A stretch of 64,000 bases of DNA from Vicugna vicugna (GCA_013265495.1 MU058463.1:3455037-3519036); one strand, 5' to 3'. Positions 42,528 to 54,369 are shown, counted from the stretch's first letter. Numbers and translations are program-made. The notes: generated by a model from the letters alone, not told the origin.

Positions 42528-43333
42528 GTTGCTGAAAATTGCACTACAAAAACTTGCTGGGGAGAAGCTAAATTATCTGTCACCACACAGCATACTGTTT
42601 ACATCAAAATGACCTTATAATTCAACTGCTTGCTCTAATAAGACTTTACTATTCCAGTAAACTCTTGCCCAGGAAGATAAAGTTGCAAATAACTTAATTG
42701 CTTTCTGGAGAAACTTTCCAAAAACCCATTTGTTCCAGTAATACACTCTCCAACTAGTCTTCTTCAGAGTAAATACCCCTTCTCAAGACATTAGATTGTA
42801 TCTCGAGGCTCCCCAATGACCATTTACTCTTCAAGATTAGCAAATACTAAGTACTATATATAAAATAGATAAACAACGAAGTCCTACTGTATAGCACAGG
42901 AAACTATATTCAATATCTTTTAATAACCTATAATGGAAAATAATATGAAAAATATGTCTATTCTTTCACATACATTTATTTATATGTATGTGTAACTGAA
43001 TCACTATACTGTACACTAGAAACTAACCCAACATTGTGAATCAACTATTCTTCAATTAAAACACACCCCCCAAAAAAACCTCACCTCACTTCATGTACCA
43101 ATAGTAAACTATTTTGTTACAAACTTCCCTCAATCCCAGTCAGCCCCCTACCCAACACTGAAAGATGTGCCTTAAACCAGAACTGTCAAAATCTGATAAA
43201 TATTCAACCAATGCCTCCATATCTGAGAAGCTACAAAGATTCTCAAGGCAGGAGTCTCTCTTAAGAATAACTTGGCTTTGCTTTATAAACAGGTTATTTT
43301 TGTAGTCTCTTTAGGGATTCATGGAATTAGTCA
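42528..43333 (+). mobile_element. MER34-like ERV1 solo LTR interrupted by a short L1 3' end
   Basis: Begins tgttgctgaaaat, contains cttgcccaggaagataaagttgcaa, ends aataacttggctttgctttataaacaggttatttttgtagtc...agtca. Family from recall. Confidence 0.55.
42836..43062 (+). mobile_element. 5'-truncated cetartiodactyl-type L1 3' end nested in the LTR
   Basis: actatatataaaatagataaacaacgaagtcctactgtatagcacaggaaactatattcaatatctt...aactgaatcact...aacattgtgaatcaactattcttcaattaaaa, sense copy of the 29066 element type. Confidence 0.85.
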
Positions 43334-43351
43334 TTGGCACTGCAAATTTTA

Positions 43352-43485
43352 TAGGGTTTCTTTTGGGGAGGTAATCACGTTTACTTGTTATTATCATTAC
43401 TGGTTTTTCAAATGGTACTGGAGATTGAACCCAGGACCTTGTGCATGCTAGGCATGCACTCTACCACTGAGCTATACCCTCCCCC
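43352..43485 (-). mobile_element. tRNA-Ala-derived SINE (camelid vic-1-like) with TSD
   Basis: Minus strand gggggagggtatagctcagtggtagagtgcatgcctagcatgcacaaggtcctgggttcaatctccagtacc plus a tail ending attacctccccaaaag. TSD ctgcaaatttta (43340-43351) / ctgcaaacttta (43486-43497). Confidence 0.9.
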
Positions 43486-44237
43486 CTGCAAACTTTAAAT
43501 AACTCTTTTTATATTACAAATCAGTGGTATTAACTGTGTCCATTAGTCTCATTTATGTCCTACATGTATAATTGTAACAACTACCTAGTAAGTGTTTTAT
43601 TGAACTAAGTAGACAAATCTAACATAGAAGCTTTAAAAAATACTACATGAAAAAAAAAATCATAAAATTACTTTTTATAGGATATAAAGTTATGCCATAA
43701 AACCACTGGAGGCTCTTTGTCATTTCAGCCTTGAGCTCTTTTATATAGTATTCTTCTAACGTCTGTAACTATGTTAAGAAATCAGCAACTTCTCAAATTT
43801 AAATAACTTACTGCAGTGAGTCAAAAAGTCTCTGTGCTTATGGAAGGTATACAGGGCTTGGACACATCCTATAACGAAAATCACAGCTAGTAAAAGCTTT
43901 TAGATGTTTTCTGATATAATATAAATAGAACACAAGGCTTTATCTTCTAAAATTGAATAGTTCAGAATTAATTAGATGTTAAAATAGATATTTCTGTTCC
44001 ACAAGGTTGCTCTGTCATGTAAATTTATTCTGAAATCACCTCAATTTCTGTTAAGGCATTCCTGCAATGCTTTGTTAATTGGTATTAAAGCATGCCAAAA
44101 GCAATTTATGTATTTATATATGGAAGACTGATAGAGCAGTTTGTTTTCTTGGGTCTAGAGTTCCCCTTTTTCTCATCCATGTTTTAAACCATTAGAGAGA
44201 TAGCTGCAAGCAATGGAATTCAAAATATCAGCTTTAT

Positions 44238-44620
44238 CTATGTTTGAGTTTTTGAGGAACAGCCATGGTGTTTTCCACAGTGGCTGCCACATTTTACTTG
44301 ATTTCTTTATATGGCAGAATACTACGGAAGTTCATGAATCTACCCTATTTTGCTTATCTATGCATCCACTGATGGACATTCGAATCGTTTCTACCTTTGA
44401 GCTACTGTGATTAACGCGGCTATGAATATTCATGTACAATTTTTTTTTTGAACACATGTTTTCAATTCTATGGGGTATATATCTAGGAGTAGAGTTGTTG
44501 GACCAAACAGTAATTGTATTTTTAACTTTTGAGGCAGTGCCAAACTATTGCACATCCATATACAAGCAGTGTGTAAGGGTTCCAATTTCTCTACGTTGTT
44601 GCCAACACTTTTATTTTTCA
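44238..44620 (-). mobile_element. Two abutting old L1M ORF2-end fragments
   Basis: 44238-44298 ctatgtttgagtttttgaggaacagccatggtgttttccacagtggctgc. 44300-44620 covers the same consensus region again and reads NKSVGNNVEKLEPLHTA...LLDIYPIELKT on the minus strand. Confidence 0.8.
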
Positions 44621-44670
44621 GTTCAGAAGCAAAGCCAAGCTTTGTACCTGGGTGGAAGAGTGGAGAGGTG

Positions 44671-44910
44671 CGAGATGGCGTTCTAGAGCACGTGCTGTCC
44701 TGGACAGGCAGGACGGCCTTGCCCGGCTCTGGTCTGTGGAGGGCGGGGCGGGACCCTGCAGGTTGGCGGCGCAGGAGCGTTGGCGTTGCTCTCCGCACGT
44801 CAGGCGGAGGAAGAGCTGGGCACAGCCTCTCTGCAGACTGCCAGCCCGCCACGAACATCTTGCGTGGGTGTCACACGCAGCTTCTACGCAAGCGCCGCGG
44901 AGCTGAGGCG
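44671..44910. promoter_or_regulatory. Small CpG-island-like segment with GC-box, E-box, CRE-like and YY1-like motifs
   Basis: About 23 CpG in 240 bp by hand count. GGGCGGGGCGGG 44741-44752, CACGTG 44689-44694, CACGTCA 44796-44802, AGATGGCG 44673-44680. Function not shown. Confidence 0.5.
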
Positions 44911-45159
44911 TTGGCACAGCCATTTGGCAGCAGGAACTGTGGTCTGAGGACAGGTGGAGGCCTTGGCACATGACACCCCATGAGCAAGTGAGACAAGACT
45001 AAGCACAAAGGAAAAGAGAAGAAAAAAAAAGGTTAGATTTTATTTTATTACCCAGATTCTATTTTTATTTCCTGGAGATTTTTAATGGGCTTTCCTGGTA
45101 ACAGACCTGTCTTCTGTCCTGCACTTCACTTTTGAGCGAGGCAGGTCCGTGTTCTGCAA

Positions 45160-45372
45160 TTACCGCCTGCTGGTCTGGGGCCTCCTCATAACCTCGGGTG
45201 GAGGAGTGGAAATTCTCCTGGTTCTTTTAGATGCATTTGATTGCTGCACGGCTTTGGCCTTAACTGTTGCTTTCTCTGAGCAACTACCATTTGTCTAACT
45301 TTCTGGAGTCAAAAGACACTAGCCAATTCAAGACACATGGCCCAAATATTAGCAAGAGAATAATGGTCATAG
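45160..45372 (-). mobile_element. ERV class I env transmembrane-subunit remnant
   Basis: Minus strand reads MTIILLLIFGPCVLNWLVSFDSRKL, matching the LLxxFGPCxxNxLVxF membrane-anchor motif of gamma-type Env. Confidence 0.8.
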
Positions 45373-45488
45373 TGTCAGATTTTTCCTAAAAATGAAGGTC
45401 TCCAGGTTTTCGGCCTGTAGGCAAATGTGCCATGACGTTGAGACTCCCTGCCAAGGCTGAATCTCCCTGGTCACATCTTTGTTGTTTT

Positions 45489-45945
45489 TCAGAAAAAAAG
45501 CTTCAGGTCAGAGAGAGGTTCACATGAGTAGTCAGGGGTCTGTGGCCCAGGTTGGCTCTGCGGAGGTTAAGGCTTGGGACCCTCTTCACTCGAGTGCGAT
45601 GCCCCCACGGAGTGACCCCTGCGACTTCAGGGCAGATGGGTGGTTAGGACCCACTCAGTGATCCACTTGGGAGTGAGCTGGTCTTGCAGGCTGCTGGCTT
45701 TCCAGGTTTCTCGGTGCACCCAGTCTCCTGGCTGGAGAGGGTGGGGGACCAGGTCAGTGAGTGAGGGCAGCACCTGGTCACCAGGTTCCCTGAGAGTTTT
45801 CATGGTTTCTCCTACCTGGAGGACACACTCAAGTTGTTCCATTTCAAATGAGTTAAGACGTCTTTTTCTCTTGAGCTTGGGAAAATGGGTCTACCATACA
45901 CAAGTTCAAATGCACTTGACTTTAACTTATCCTTTGGGTTGTCAG
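45489..45945 (-). mobile_element. ERV class I pol (integrase C-terminus) remnant, frameshifted
   Basis: Minus-strand peptides SAFELVYGRP, HPLQPGDWVHRETWK...DQLTPKW, VLTTH, ALKSQG, TPWGHRTRVKR and DYSCEPLSDLKLFF*, collinear with the gamma-like integrase C-terminal region. Confidence 0.88.
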
Positions 45946-47983
45946 CACTTTTATTTGTTCATTTTTTTATTATAACCTTTTAGTGTGAAAAAATATATCA
46001 GCTTTATTACTGGTAAAGCTCTTGGAAAATGGAGGTCTAGGTCTGTTAGTTCAGTGAACTTCATTGGCAATGCAGATAAATGGTTCCCATCTCATTTTTA
46101 GTGCTTACCCTTATAAAGTCTCTAAGATGAAAGCAACAGATCCTGTCTAGCACCAGAAATAAGGAGTTATGGTCCTTCTGAACTTTGTCCAGTGATTTCT
46201 TTCAATCTCCTGAGTCAGATAAATCACTTCACTTCCCTTAGTGAGGACTGAATAAATGGGTGGAAAAGACAGAAGAGTTTATTCTCAGTTGAAAGCTTTT
46301 CTACGCAAACATTAAGCCAAGGGAAAGGAATTTGTCCCTAAGTATTTAATACCTAAGTATTGGAGAGGTGACAATAGGTAATGGCTACTTATCATTCCAC
46401 AAACTATTTCCCCTGTTGTTTGTAGGAGATGCCTAAAATCTCCGTTGTGATATATAGATTTAAAATAAGCTAATATAGCTCCAGAAATTTCCTGTTCACT
46501 AGAAAATAGAAGTTAAAAGATAATTTTAAAAGGGTGAAATCATAAATCTTATGCAAATCTAAAATTAAAATATGTCAAGAATTTATTTAACTCATTAATA
46601 AATGAAGGAAACAGTCAGATGTTACAAGCATCAGGGATGCTGAAATGAATGTGCAAATTGATTCAAAACTGGTCAACATCCAGAGGAAAATAGCAAATTA
46701 CTTTTCCACTGTTTAAACTTATTTGCATTTCTGTGGTCAAACGTTATTTACATTAGTCTACCACTTAGATTGCAAATTTGTTTAAAGTCAATGAAAAGCA
46801 TAATAGGTAACCCAGAAGAGCACACTAGACAGCATCCCCAGCAATCATTTTGGACGTTTTGAAGTCTTTCACAGTATTCCTCGGTATATTCTATTAATAG
46901 GAAAATTTAGTAAGCTCTTCTCTCTTAACATACATTATATTAACATATACTATTTTACAGTCAAAAATATGAGATGTGCAAAAAACAAATAAGAATTTTC
47001 ATCATTTTTTATAAATTACCATGATTTCCACATTTCCTCTGGAATCAGGTTGTCAGTGTCCATCCCTACCTGTATCAGCTGGAGGAAGGGGAACGAGATG
47101 GGGTGGAATGTGGGCTTCTTCCCTATCTCTCATCTCCCCTAAGCAGTTCTAGGAGAGATTACCTCGCTCCTCATCTTCTCTCTTCCAAAGATAGTCCTGA
47201 ACTCATTAACTATTTCCTGATTCCTCCAGAGCTTTGCTCTTGGTACTCAAAACCAGACTTTTACTACTCAAAACCCTTGTGTCTATCAGAAAGCCCAGTT
47301 ATTGCAAATCAAAACTATTTTCTTTGCTTTTAGTTTAAATCACTGTTTTAAAACGGAAGTGATAAGTTCCAACTATCACTTTTCCTTGTCATCTCTGCTG
47401 TAATTCTTGAAATGTACCCCAAGATAGTAGACACCTCTGTCAGGAAAAGAAGCTATTCATGCACAAGAAATTACAAGATCTTGTCCTAAGTGCCAGATTG
47501 GATCTAACAGATACACCCGCCTTGAAAATCTGCAGAAAATTATTTTATAATGACATAAAATCTAAGCCAAAAGTATTTGGAATATGATGAATAAAAGTAT
47601 AAGATATTGAAGCAATTACAGAGGGAATAATAAACACTAAGCTAATAATTTTTTTAATCTGAAATAAAGTCTGTGCCCTTGTTAACTCTTGTGATTTACA
47701 TGATGTACACGAATTTGGTCTGCTAACAAAGAAGGGAAATTAATTTTACAGATTCAGAGCGATGTTAGATATTAGTCTACTATTACCCTCAAAAGAGATA
47801 ATTATTTGACTCCTCTCTAAAAAGTATGATTTCCAGGCTAGTCTCAGGTTTTTTTTCTTTTTAAATGGCTTACTTTTGGAGACACTACCTGAATGTTCAT
47901 GCCAGCTTTGATTCCTAATATCTCCTCGTAGTTATTGCTCACAATGGTAACTGCTGTGATGTATAAAAACTTTTCAGATTTTG

Positions 47984-49954
47984 TTATTTTTTTAAATTGA
48001 AGTACAATATTATTTTGTTTCAGGTGTACAACATAGTGATTTGATATTTTGTGCATTATATAATGACCACCTCCAATAAATCTAGTTACCGTCTGTCACC
48101 ATAAAAAATTATTACAATATTATTGAGTCTTGCCTATGCTATACATTACAGCCTATTTACACGATACCTATTTACCTAATAACTGAAAGTCTGTACCTTG
48201 TAATGTTCCTCATCTTTTTCATGCATCTCTCCATCCCTCTCTCCTGTGGCAGAAACCAGTTTGTTCTCTGTATCTATGAGTCTGTTTCTGCTTTGTTACA
48301 TATGTTCATTTGTTTTGATTTTTGGATTCCACTTATAAGTAAAATCGTATGATATTTGTCTTTCTCTGTCTAACTTATTTCACTTAGCATAATACCTGCT
48401 AGGTCCATCCACGCAAATTGCAAAATTTCACTTTTTTGGTGGCTAATATGCCATATGTGTGTCATACTCTTTGTCTATTCATCTGTTGTTAGAAACTTAG
48501 TTGCTTCCAAATCTTGGCTATTACAAATATTGCTGCAATGAACATATGGGTGCATATATCTTTTCAAATAAAATCGGTTTTTTCTTTGGAAAAAATCCCC
48601 AAAAGTGGAATTGCTGAGTCACATGGTAGTTCTATTTTTAATTTTTTAAGAAACATCCATAGTATTTTGCCATAATGATTCTACCAATTTAAATTTTCAT
48701 CAGTAGTGCACAAGAGTTCCCTTTTCTCCATATCATCACCAACACTTATTATTTGTTGTCTTTTTGTTACTGGCCATTCTGAAAGTTGTGAGGTGATATC
48801 TCATTGAGGTTTTGATTTGCATTTCCCTGATGATTAGTGATGCTGAGCATCATTTCATGTGTCTGTTCTTTGGGAAGATGTCTATTCAGATCCTCTGCCC
48901 ATTTTTTAATCAGGTTGTTCATTTTTCTGGCATTGAGTTATATGAGTTCTTTGTATATTTTGGATGTTATCCCTTCTCAGATACATTGCTTGCAAATACC
49001 TTCTCCTTTCCAGTAGGCTACCTTTCCATTTTGTTGATAGTTTCCTTCACTATGCAAAGGCTTTTTAATTTGATGTAGTCCCATTTGTTTATTTTTGCTT
49101 TTGTTTCCCTTGCCTGAGGGATCACATCCAAAAAAATAAATTGCTAAAGCCAATGTCAAAGAGCATACTGCCTGTTTTCTTCTAGGAGTCTTATAATTTC
49201 AGGTCACACATTTAAGTCTTTAATCCATTTTGAGTTTATTTTTGTGTGTGGTGTGAGAAAGTAATCCAGTTAGAGTCTTTTGCATGTAGCTGTCCAGTTT
49301 TCCCAACACCATCTATTGAAGAAGCTGTCTTTTCCCCATTATATATTCTTGCCTCCTTTGTGGTAAATTAATTGACCATTAGTGTGTGGGGTTTTTTCTG
49401 GGTTCTCTATTGTTTTTGTGCCAGTGTTTTGATTTGTGCCATACTGTTTTGATTACTATAGCTTTGTATTACACTCTGAGGTCCAGGAGCATGATGCCTC
49501 CAGTCCTGTTCTTTCTCAAGACTGTTTGACAATTTTGGGTCTTTTGTGTTTCCATACAAATTTTAAAACCATTTGTTCTAGTTCTGTGAAAAATGCTATT
49601 GGTATTTTGATAAGGATTGCATTGACTAATCTGTAGATTGCCTTAAGGAGTATAATAATTTTAACGACATTAATTCTTCCAACCCCTGAGCATGGTATGG
49701 CTTTCTGTCTGTTTATTTCTTCAATTTCTTTCATCAGTGTCTTACATTTTTCTAAGTACAAGTCTTTTACCTCCTTGGTTAGATGGATTGCTAGGTATTG
49801 TATTCTATTTGATGCAGTTGTAAATGGAATTCCTTCTCTTTCTTTCTGTGTTTATCTATTATAGGTTTTTGATTTGTGGTTACCAGAAGGTTCATAGTAG
49901 CCTATATATAGCAACCTATATAGTAACCTATTTATATATGTATATAATTTGTAT

Positions 49955-49991
<37 letters not shown>

Positions 49992-52268
49992 GTTATTTTA
50001 AGTTGATGATCTTAAGTACAAACACATTCTAATAACCCCATATTTTTACCCTCTGTCACCACATTTAATGTTTTTATCATATTTGACATCTTTTTGTTTT
50101 GTATAACCTTTAGCTACTTAATGCAGATACAGATGTCTTTACTATTTTTGTCTTTTAATCTTCCTAATAGCTTTATAAGTAACCATTTTTATCTATTACC
50201 TTTACCATATATTTGCCTTTACCAATGAGATTTTTCATTCTGTAATTTTTATATTTCTATTTACAGTCTTTTCTTTTCCACTTAGAGAAGCTCCTTTAAC
50301 ACTTCTTGTAAAGCTGGTTTAGTGGTGCTAAATTCTTTTAGGTTTTTCTTGTCTGTAAAACTCCTCTCTCCTTCAAATCTGAATGATAACCTTGCCGGGT
50401 TGAGTATTCGTGGTTGCAGCTTTTTTTTCTTTCATCACTTTGATATCATGCCACTCCCTTCTGGCCTGCAGAGTTTCTGCTGAAAAGTCAGCTGATTGTC
50501 TTATGGGAGTTCCCTTGTACATAACTACTTGCTTTTCTCTTACTGCTTTTAAACTTTTCTATTTATTTTTAATTTTTGCCATTTTAATTATAATGTGTCT
50601 TGATGTGGAGCTCTTTGAGTTCATCTTGTTTAAGACTCTCTGTGCTTCATGGACCAGGATGTTTGTTTACTTTCCTAAGTTAGGGAAGTTGTCCACTATT
50701 ATCTCCTCAAATAAGTTCTCTGCCCCTTTCTCTCTCTCCTCTCTTTCAGGGAATCATATAATGTGAATGTTAGTACACTTGACATTATCCCAGAAAGAAG
50801 TCTCTCAAACTATCTTCATTTAAAAAAAATTCTTTTCTATTTTTGCTGTTCAGCTTGGGTGACTTCCACTACTCTGCTTTCCATTTCACTGATCTGTTTC
50901 TCTGAATCATTGAATCTGTTGTTGATTCCTTCTAGTGTATTTTTTATTTTAGTTATTGTATCCTTCAGCTCTGTTTGGTTCTTTATATTTTCAGACTCTT
51001 GAGTAAACTTCTCACCATGTTCATCTGTTCTTCTCCCAAGTTCATTGACCATCTTTATGACTGTTACCTTGAACTCTTTATTGGGTAGTTTTGTTTATCT
51101 CTACTTCAATTAGTTCTTCTGGGGTTTTGTCATGTTTCTTCATTTGGGATATATTCCTCTGTCACCTTGTTTTGCCTAATTCTCTGCATTTATTTCTATG
51201 TGTTAGGTAGATCTGTTACATTTCTCAATCTTGGATAAGTAGCCTTATATATAAGATGCACTATGGGGCCCAGCAGTGCACTCCTGTCTGGTCACCAGAG
51301 CTGTATGCTCTAGGAGTGCCCCCTATGTGGGCTGTGTGGGCCCCTCTGTTGTAGTGGGGCCAACCACTGTGAGCATGCTAGGAGGCAAGACTGGCCCCCC
51401 ACTTGGTTGACTGTCAGCCCCTGCCTTGCATGGTGGCTGCTGGCCCATCGGCCCATTGGTGTGTAGGACTGGGATCCCAAGTGGGCTGGCTGGATGGCCC
51501 AGTGGGTCCTGGGACGGATGGCGGCCCATTGGTGGGTGGGGCCAGGACCTGGGGCAGCTGGCTGTGGGATCTGGGAGGATCCTGGGTTGGTGCCAGTCCA
51601 CTGGTGGGCAGGTAAGCTTCTGGCATTAACAGGTTAGAAGGAGGACTCCAAAATGTCACTTGAGAGCACCAGTGTCCTTATGTAGAATGAGATCTCAAAA
51701 ATGACTGCCATCAGCTTCTGTGTCCAAGGGGGGAGTCCAAGTTGCCTCCTGCCCCTTGAGGAGGCTCTCTAAGATCATCACGTGGCTCTGAGCTCCTTTC
51801 AGATTACTACCTCTGTGCTAGGACTTGGAGAGTGTTAGATTTTGCACATGCCCTTTAGTGGAGGGGAGGGTGGAGTCTTTATAGATAGCTCTCCCACTCT
51901 CTTGAACATAAGCCCTGCTGGTTTTCAAAGCCCAGTATTCTGGGAGCTCATCTTCCTGGTACAGCACTCCCACTCTGGAGAGCCCAAGGTAGGGCTTGGA
52001 CCCCTCCCTCTTTGGGGAGAACCTCTGCAATTGTGATTCTTCCATTTGTGGATCACCTGCCCAGGGATATGGGTCTTGATTATGCTGTGTCTTGGTTCCT
52101 CCTACCCATTTCACTGTAGTTCCTTCTTTATACCTTTAGTTATGGAAATCATTCTGCTAGTCTGAGGTCATTCTCATAGATATTTGCTCTGTAAATAGTT
52201 GTGATTTTGGTGTGCCTGTGGGAGGAGATAAGCTCAAGGTCTTCCTACTCAGCTCTCTTGGCCACACC
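47984..52268 (-). mobile_element. L1 with both ends retained but most of ORF2 deleted, flanked by TSD
   Basis: T-rich tail at 47984. ORF2 C-terminal peptide [41 protein letters not shown] (49516-49761). ORF1 coiled-coil peptide ENIKNQTELKDTITKIKNTLEGINNRF (50837-51052). GC-richer 5' UTR to 52268. TSD aaaaa(ct/tg)tttcagattttg at 47965-47983 and 52269-52287. Confidence 0.9.
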
Positions 52269-54369
52269 AAAAATGTTTCAGATTTTGAATTGTCGTTATA
52301 TCTAAGGCAGTTTGGACAAAACAGTTAAGGTAAAACAGGAAGGTAGAGTTTACAGTTTGAAGGAAAGAGCAGCTGTTGGATATCTGAGGAAAGGAATTGA
52401 GAACAAAACACAAACTTCTGTTGATCATGCATCTAAGCATAAGAGAGAGCAATTGACTTAATGAAATGACTCACTTCATTTTCAAGTAAACATTGTAGCT
52501 GTGGCTCCTCTACTACTGTGATAACATTTAAATTACCTTTAATAATAACCAAAGACTGAACATCAAAACTTAAATTCTTTCAGTCTGCTACAATGAAGAC
52601 ATTAAATGCTTATTTCCAAAAATAACTTTGTTAATTGCTTTAATAAGACATAGATCTGGCAGCAGATCCCTTGAAAATAAATACTGCATAATTCAAATTA
52701 TTGAATTATTTTAGGCAAGCTATAGATGTGTTTTAATGGGCCAAAACTATAAAAAATCATTGGAGGCACTGCATAGTTTTTTGGGGAGGATTAAATTGCT
52801 TCATTTATTATTTTTTGCTATTAATAATAGTATTTATATGTATGCTTATAAGTCTTGTAATTGTACAAAATTTATCATCAAGAAACGCCCAATTTTAAAT
52901 CAGAAAGAAAAATAAAGCAGTCGTAATTAAACACCTACCAAAATATTTTATTTTTCTATTTTTGTAGTAGCTTTTTTCATTCTTCATTCATCCTTGAAAG
53001 CCTCCAAGCAAGAGAAAGAAAAACAAGAGAATAGTAAGAAAGGAGCTCGGGAAGACTGAAAGAGGAGGGAAAAGGAAGGGAAACCAAATAGGAAGGATGT
53101 AGATGAGGGGTGGCTCAGTTAATTGGTCGTAAGCAACAGTTACTGACTTCAGCTAATTAAACACAAAGGGAATTTAGTGGAAGCAGATGAGTAGTTCTTA
53201 GCATGGTGAGTAAAACTTAGTAACCAAGACTTAGAAAGGACAAGAATGAGGGCAGAAATTAATGGCCACATTCTTCCAGCTGGGACAAATCAGTTCCAGT
53301 GATTTCATGTCCTTCCATCACTGAGTCCTGGGTAGAAATATTAGAGCTAATGAGTCTGATCTAGTTTGGGTTAGTTTGGGTTAATGCCTGTCCTTTGGCT
53401 AAATCCAGGAGGATTCAACCGAGTCCCCCACCGAGACTGCAAGTATTGGGATAGTGGAGGAAGAGAATTAGAAAATGTGAGTGAGAAACGAGTAAATAAC
53501 AATAACCCTGAGCAAAAACATTCACTAACGTGAATGTTTAAAATTTATATGCATCCATTAAGTGAAAACATACTTTTTGAGGGTTTTACTTGTTTTCTGG
53601 TGGTAGGAGGATTAGGAGGGACTTAATGAGGATGATCAAAGCATGGGTAGAGGTTGATATGTCTTAGGAAACAGATCACAAAATCATTTTATCAGAATTT
53701 CTGAATAGTAATATGAACAAGAGACAGACCTTCCCATTGAAAATTCTGTCTGGAAATTGATTTTCATGTGATGAGTAACAGAGTAATTTATAAAATCAAT
53801 CTGAATTATAAGTTATGTTTTAAAGAAAAGCATTTCTGTTTTCTTCATTGAAACACAGTAACTGAACTAAATACCAACAAATTTGGAACTCTACCAGGAA
53901 TAATTTTATTAATAATTCATTTAATAACATACAAATAAATTATATTGAGCATGCCTAAAATACTTCCTTCTCTCAAAAAGATTCTGTCAGCATCTTTGTT
54001 GCATTATTTATTTATTCATTTATTTTAAGAATCATGCTGAGGTAAACTCCAGCTCAACCTGGATGAAATTTCTGTGCAATTAGAATTAGCAGAATCTAAA
54101 TTTAAAAGATTTTCTGTTATCTTAATATACTAAGAAGTATACTAAATTACACTAAAACCTTTGTTTTACTATAGGTTTTAAATATTTTAGAAGCAATTCC
54201 AAATATGTATTTCTTTTCAAAAATTTAGCTTCAAATATTTGAATCTTAGAAAAGAAAGTTTCGTTAACACAGGACCAGAATAATAATAAAACATGAACAA
54301 AAAAGGAAAATTATTTTGAAGGAGCTTATGTAACTAACATCATTCAAATAGGAGTCATTTCAACAAAGG

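Noticed and set aside
43415..43485. tRNA-Ala gene (also 27030-27107)
   Set aside because: Imperfect stems, an extra tail and flanking TSDs indicate a SINE, not a tRNA gene.
44430..44973. Protein-coding gene from the overlapping 117-142 aa ORFs on both strands
   Set aside because: No recognisable domain. Long ORFs in several frames are expected from high GC content, and part of the minus ORF is L1-derived. Only the splice-bounded minus frame is kept as a speculative finding.
48812..52114. Cluster of 60-118 aa ORFs
   Set aside because: All lie within a decayed L1 and are ORF1/ORF2 remnants or antisense frames.
53382..53403. Telomere-like repeat (tagtttgggt)2
   Set aside because: Only two copies of a 10-mer and not TTAGGG.
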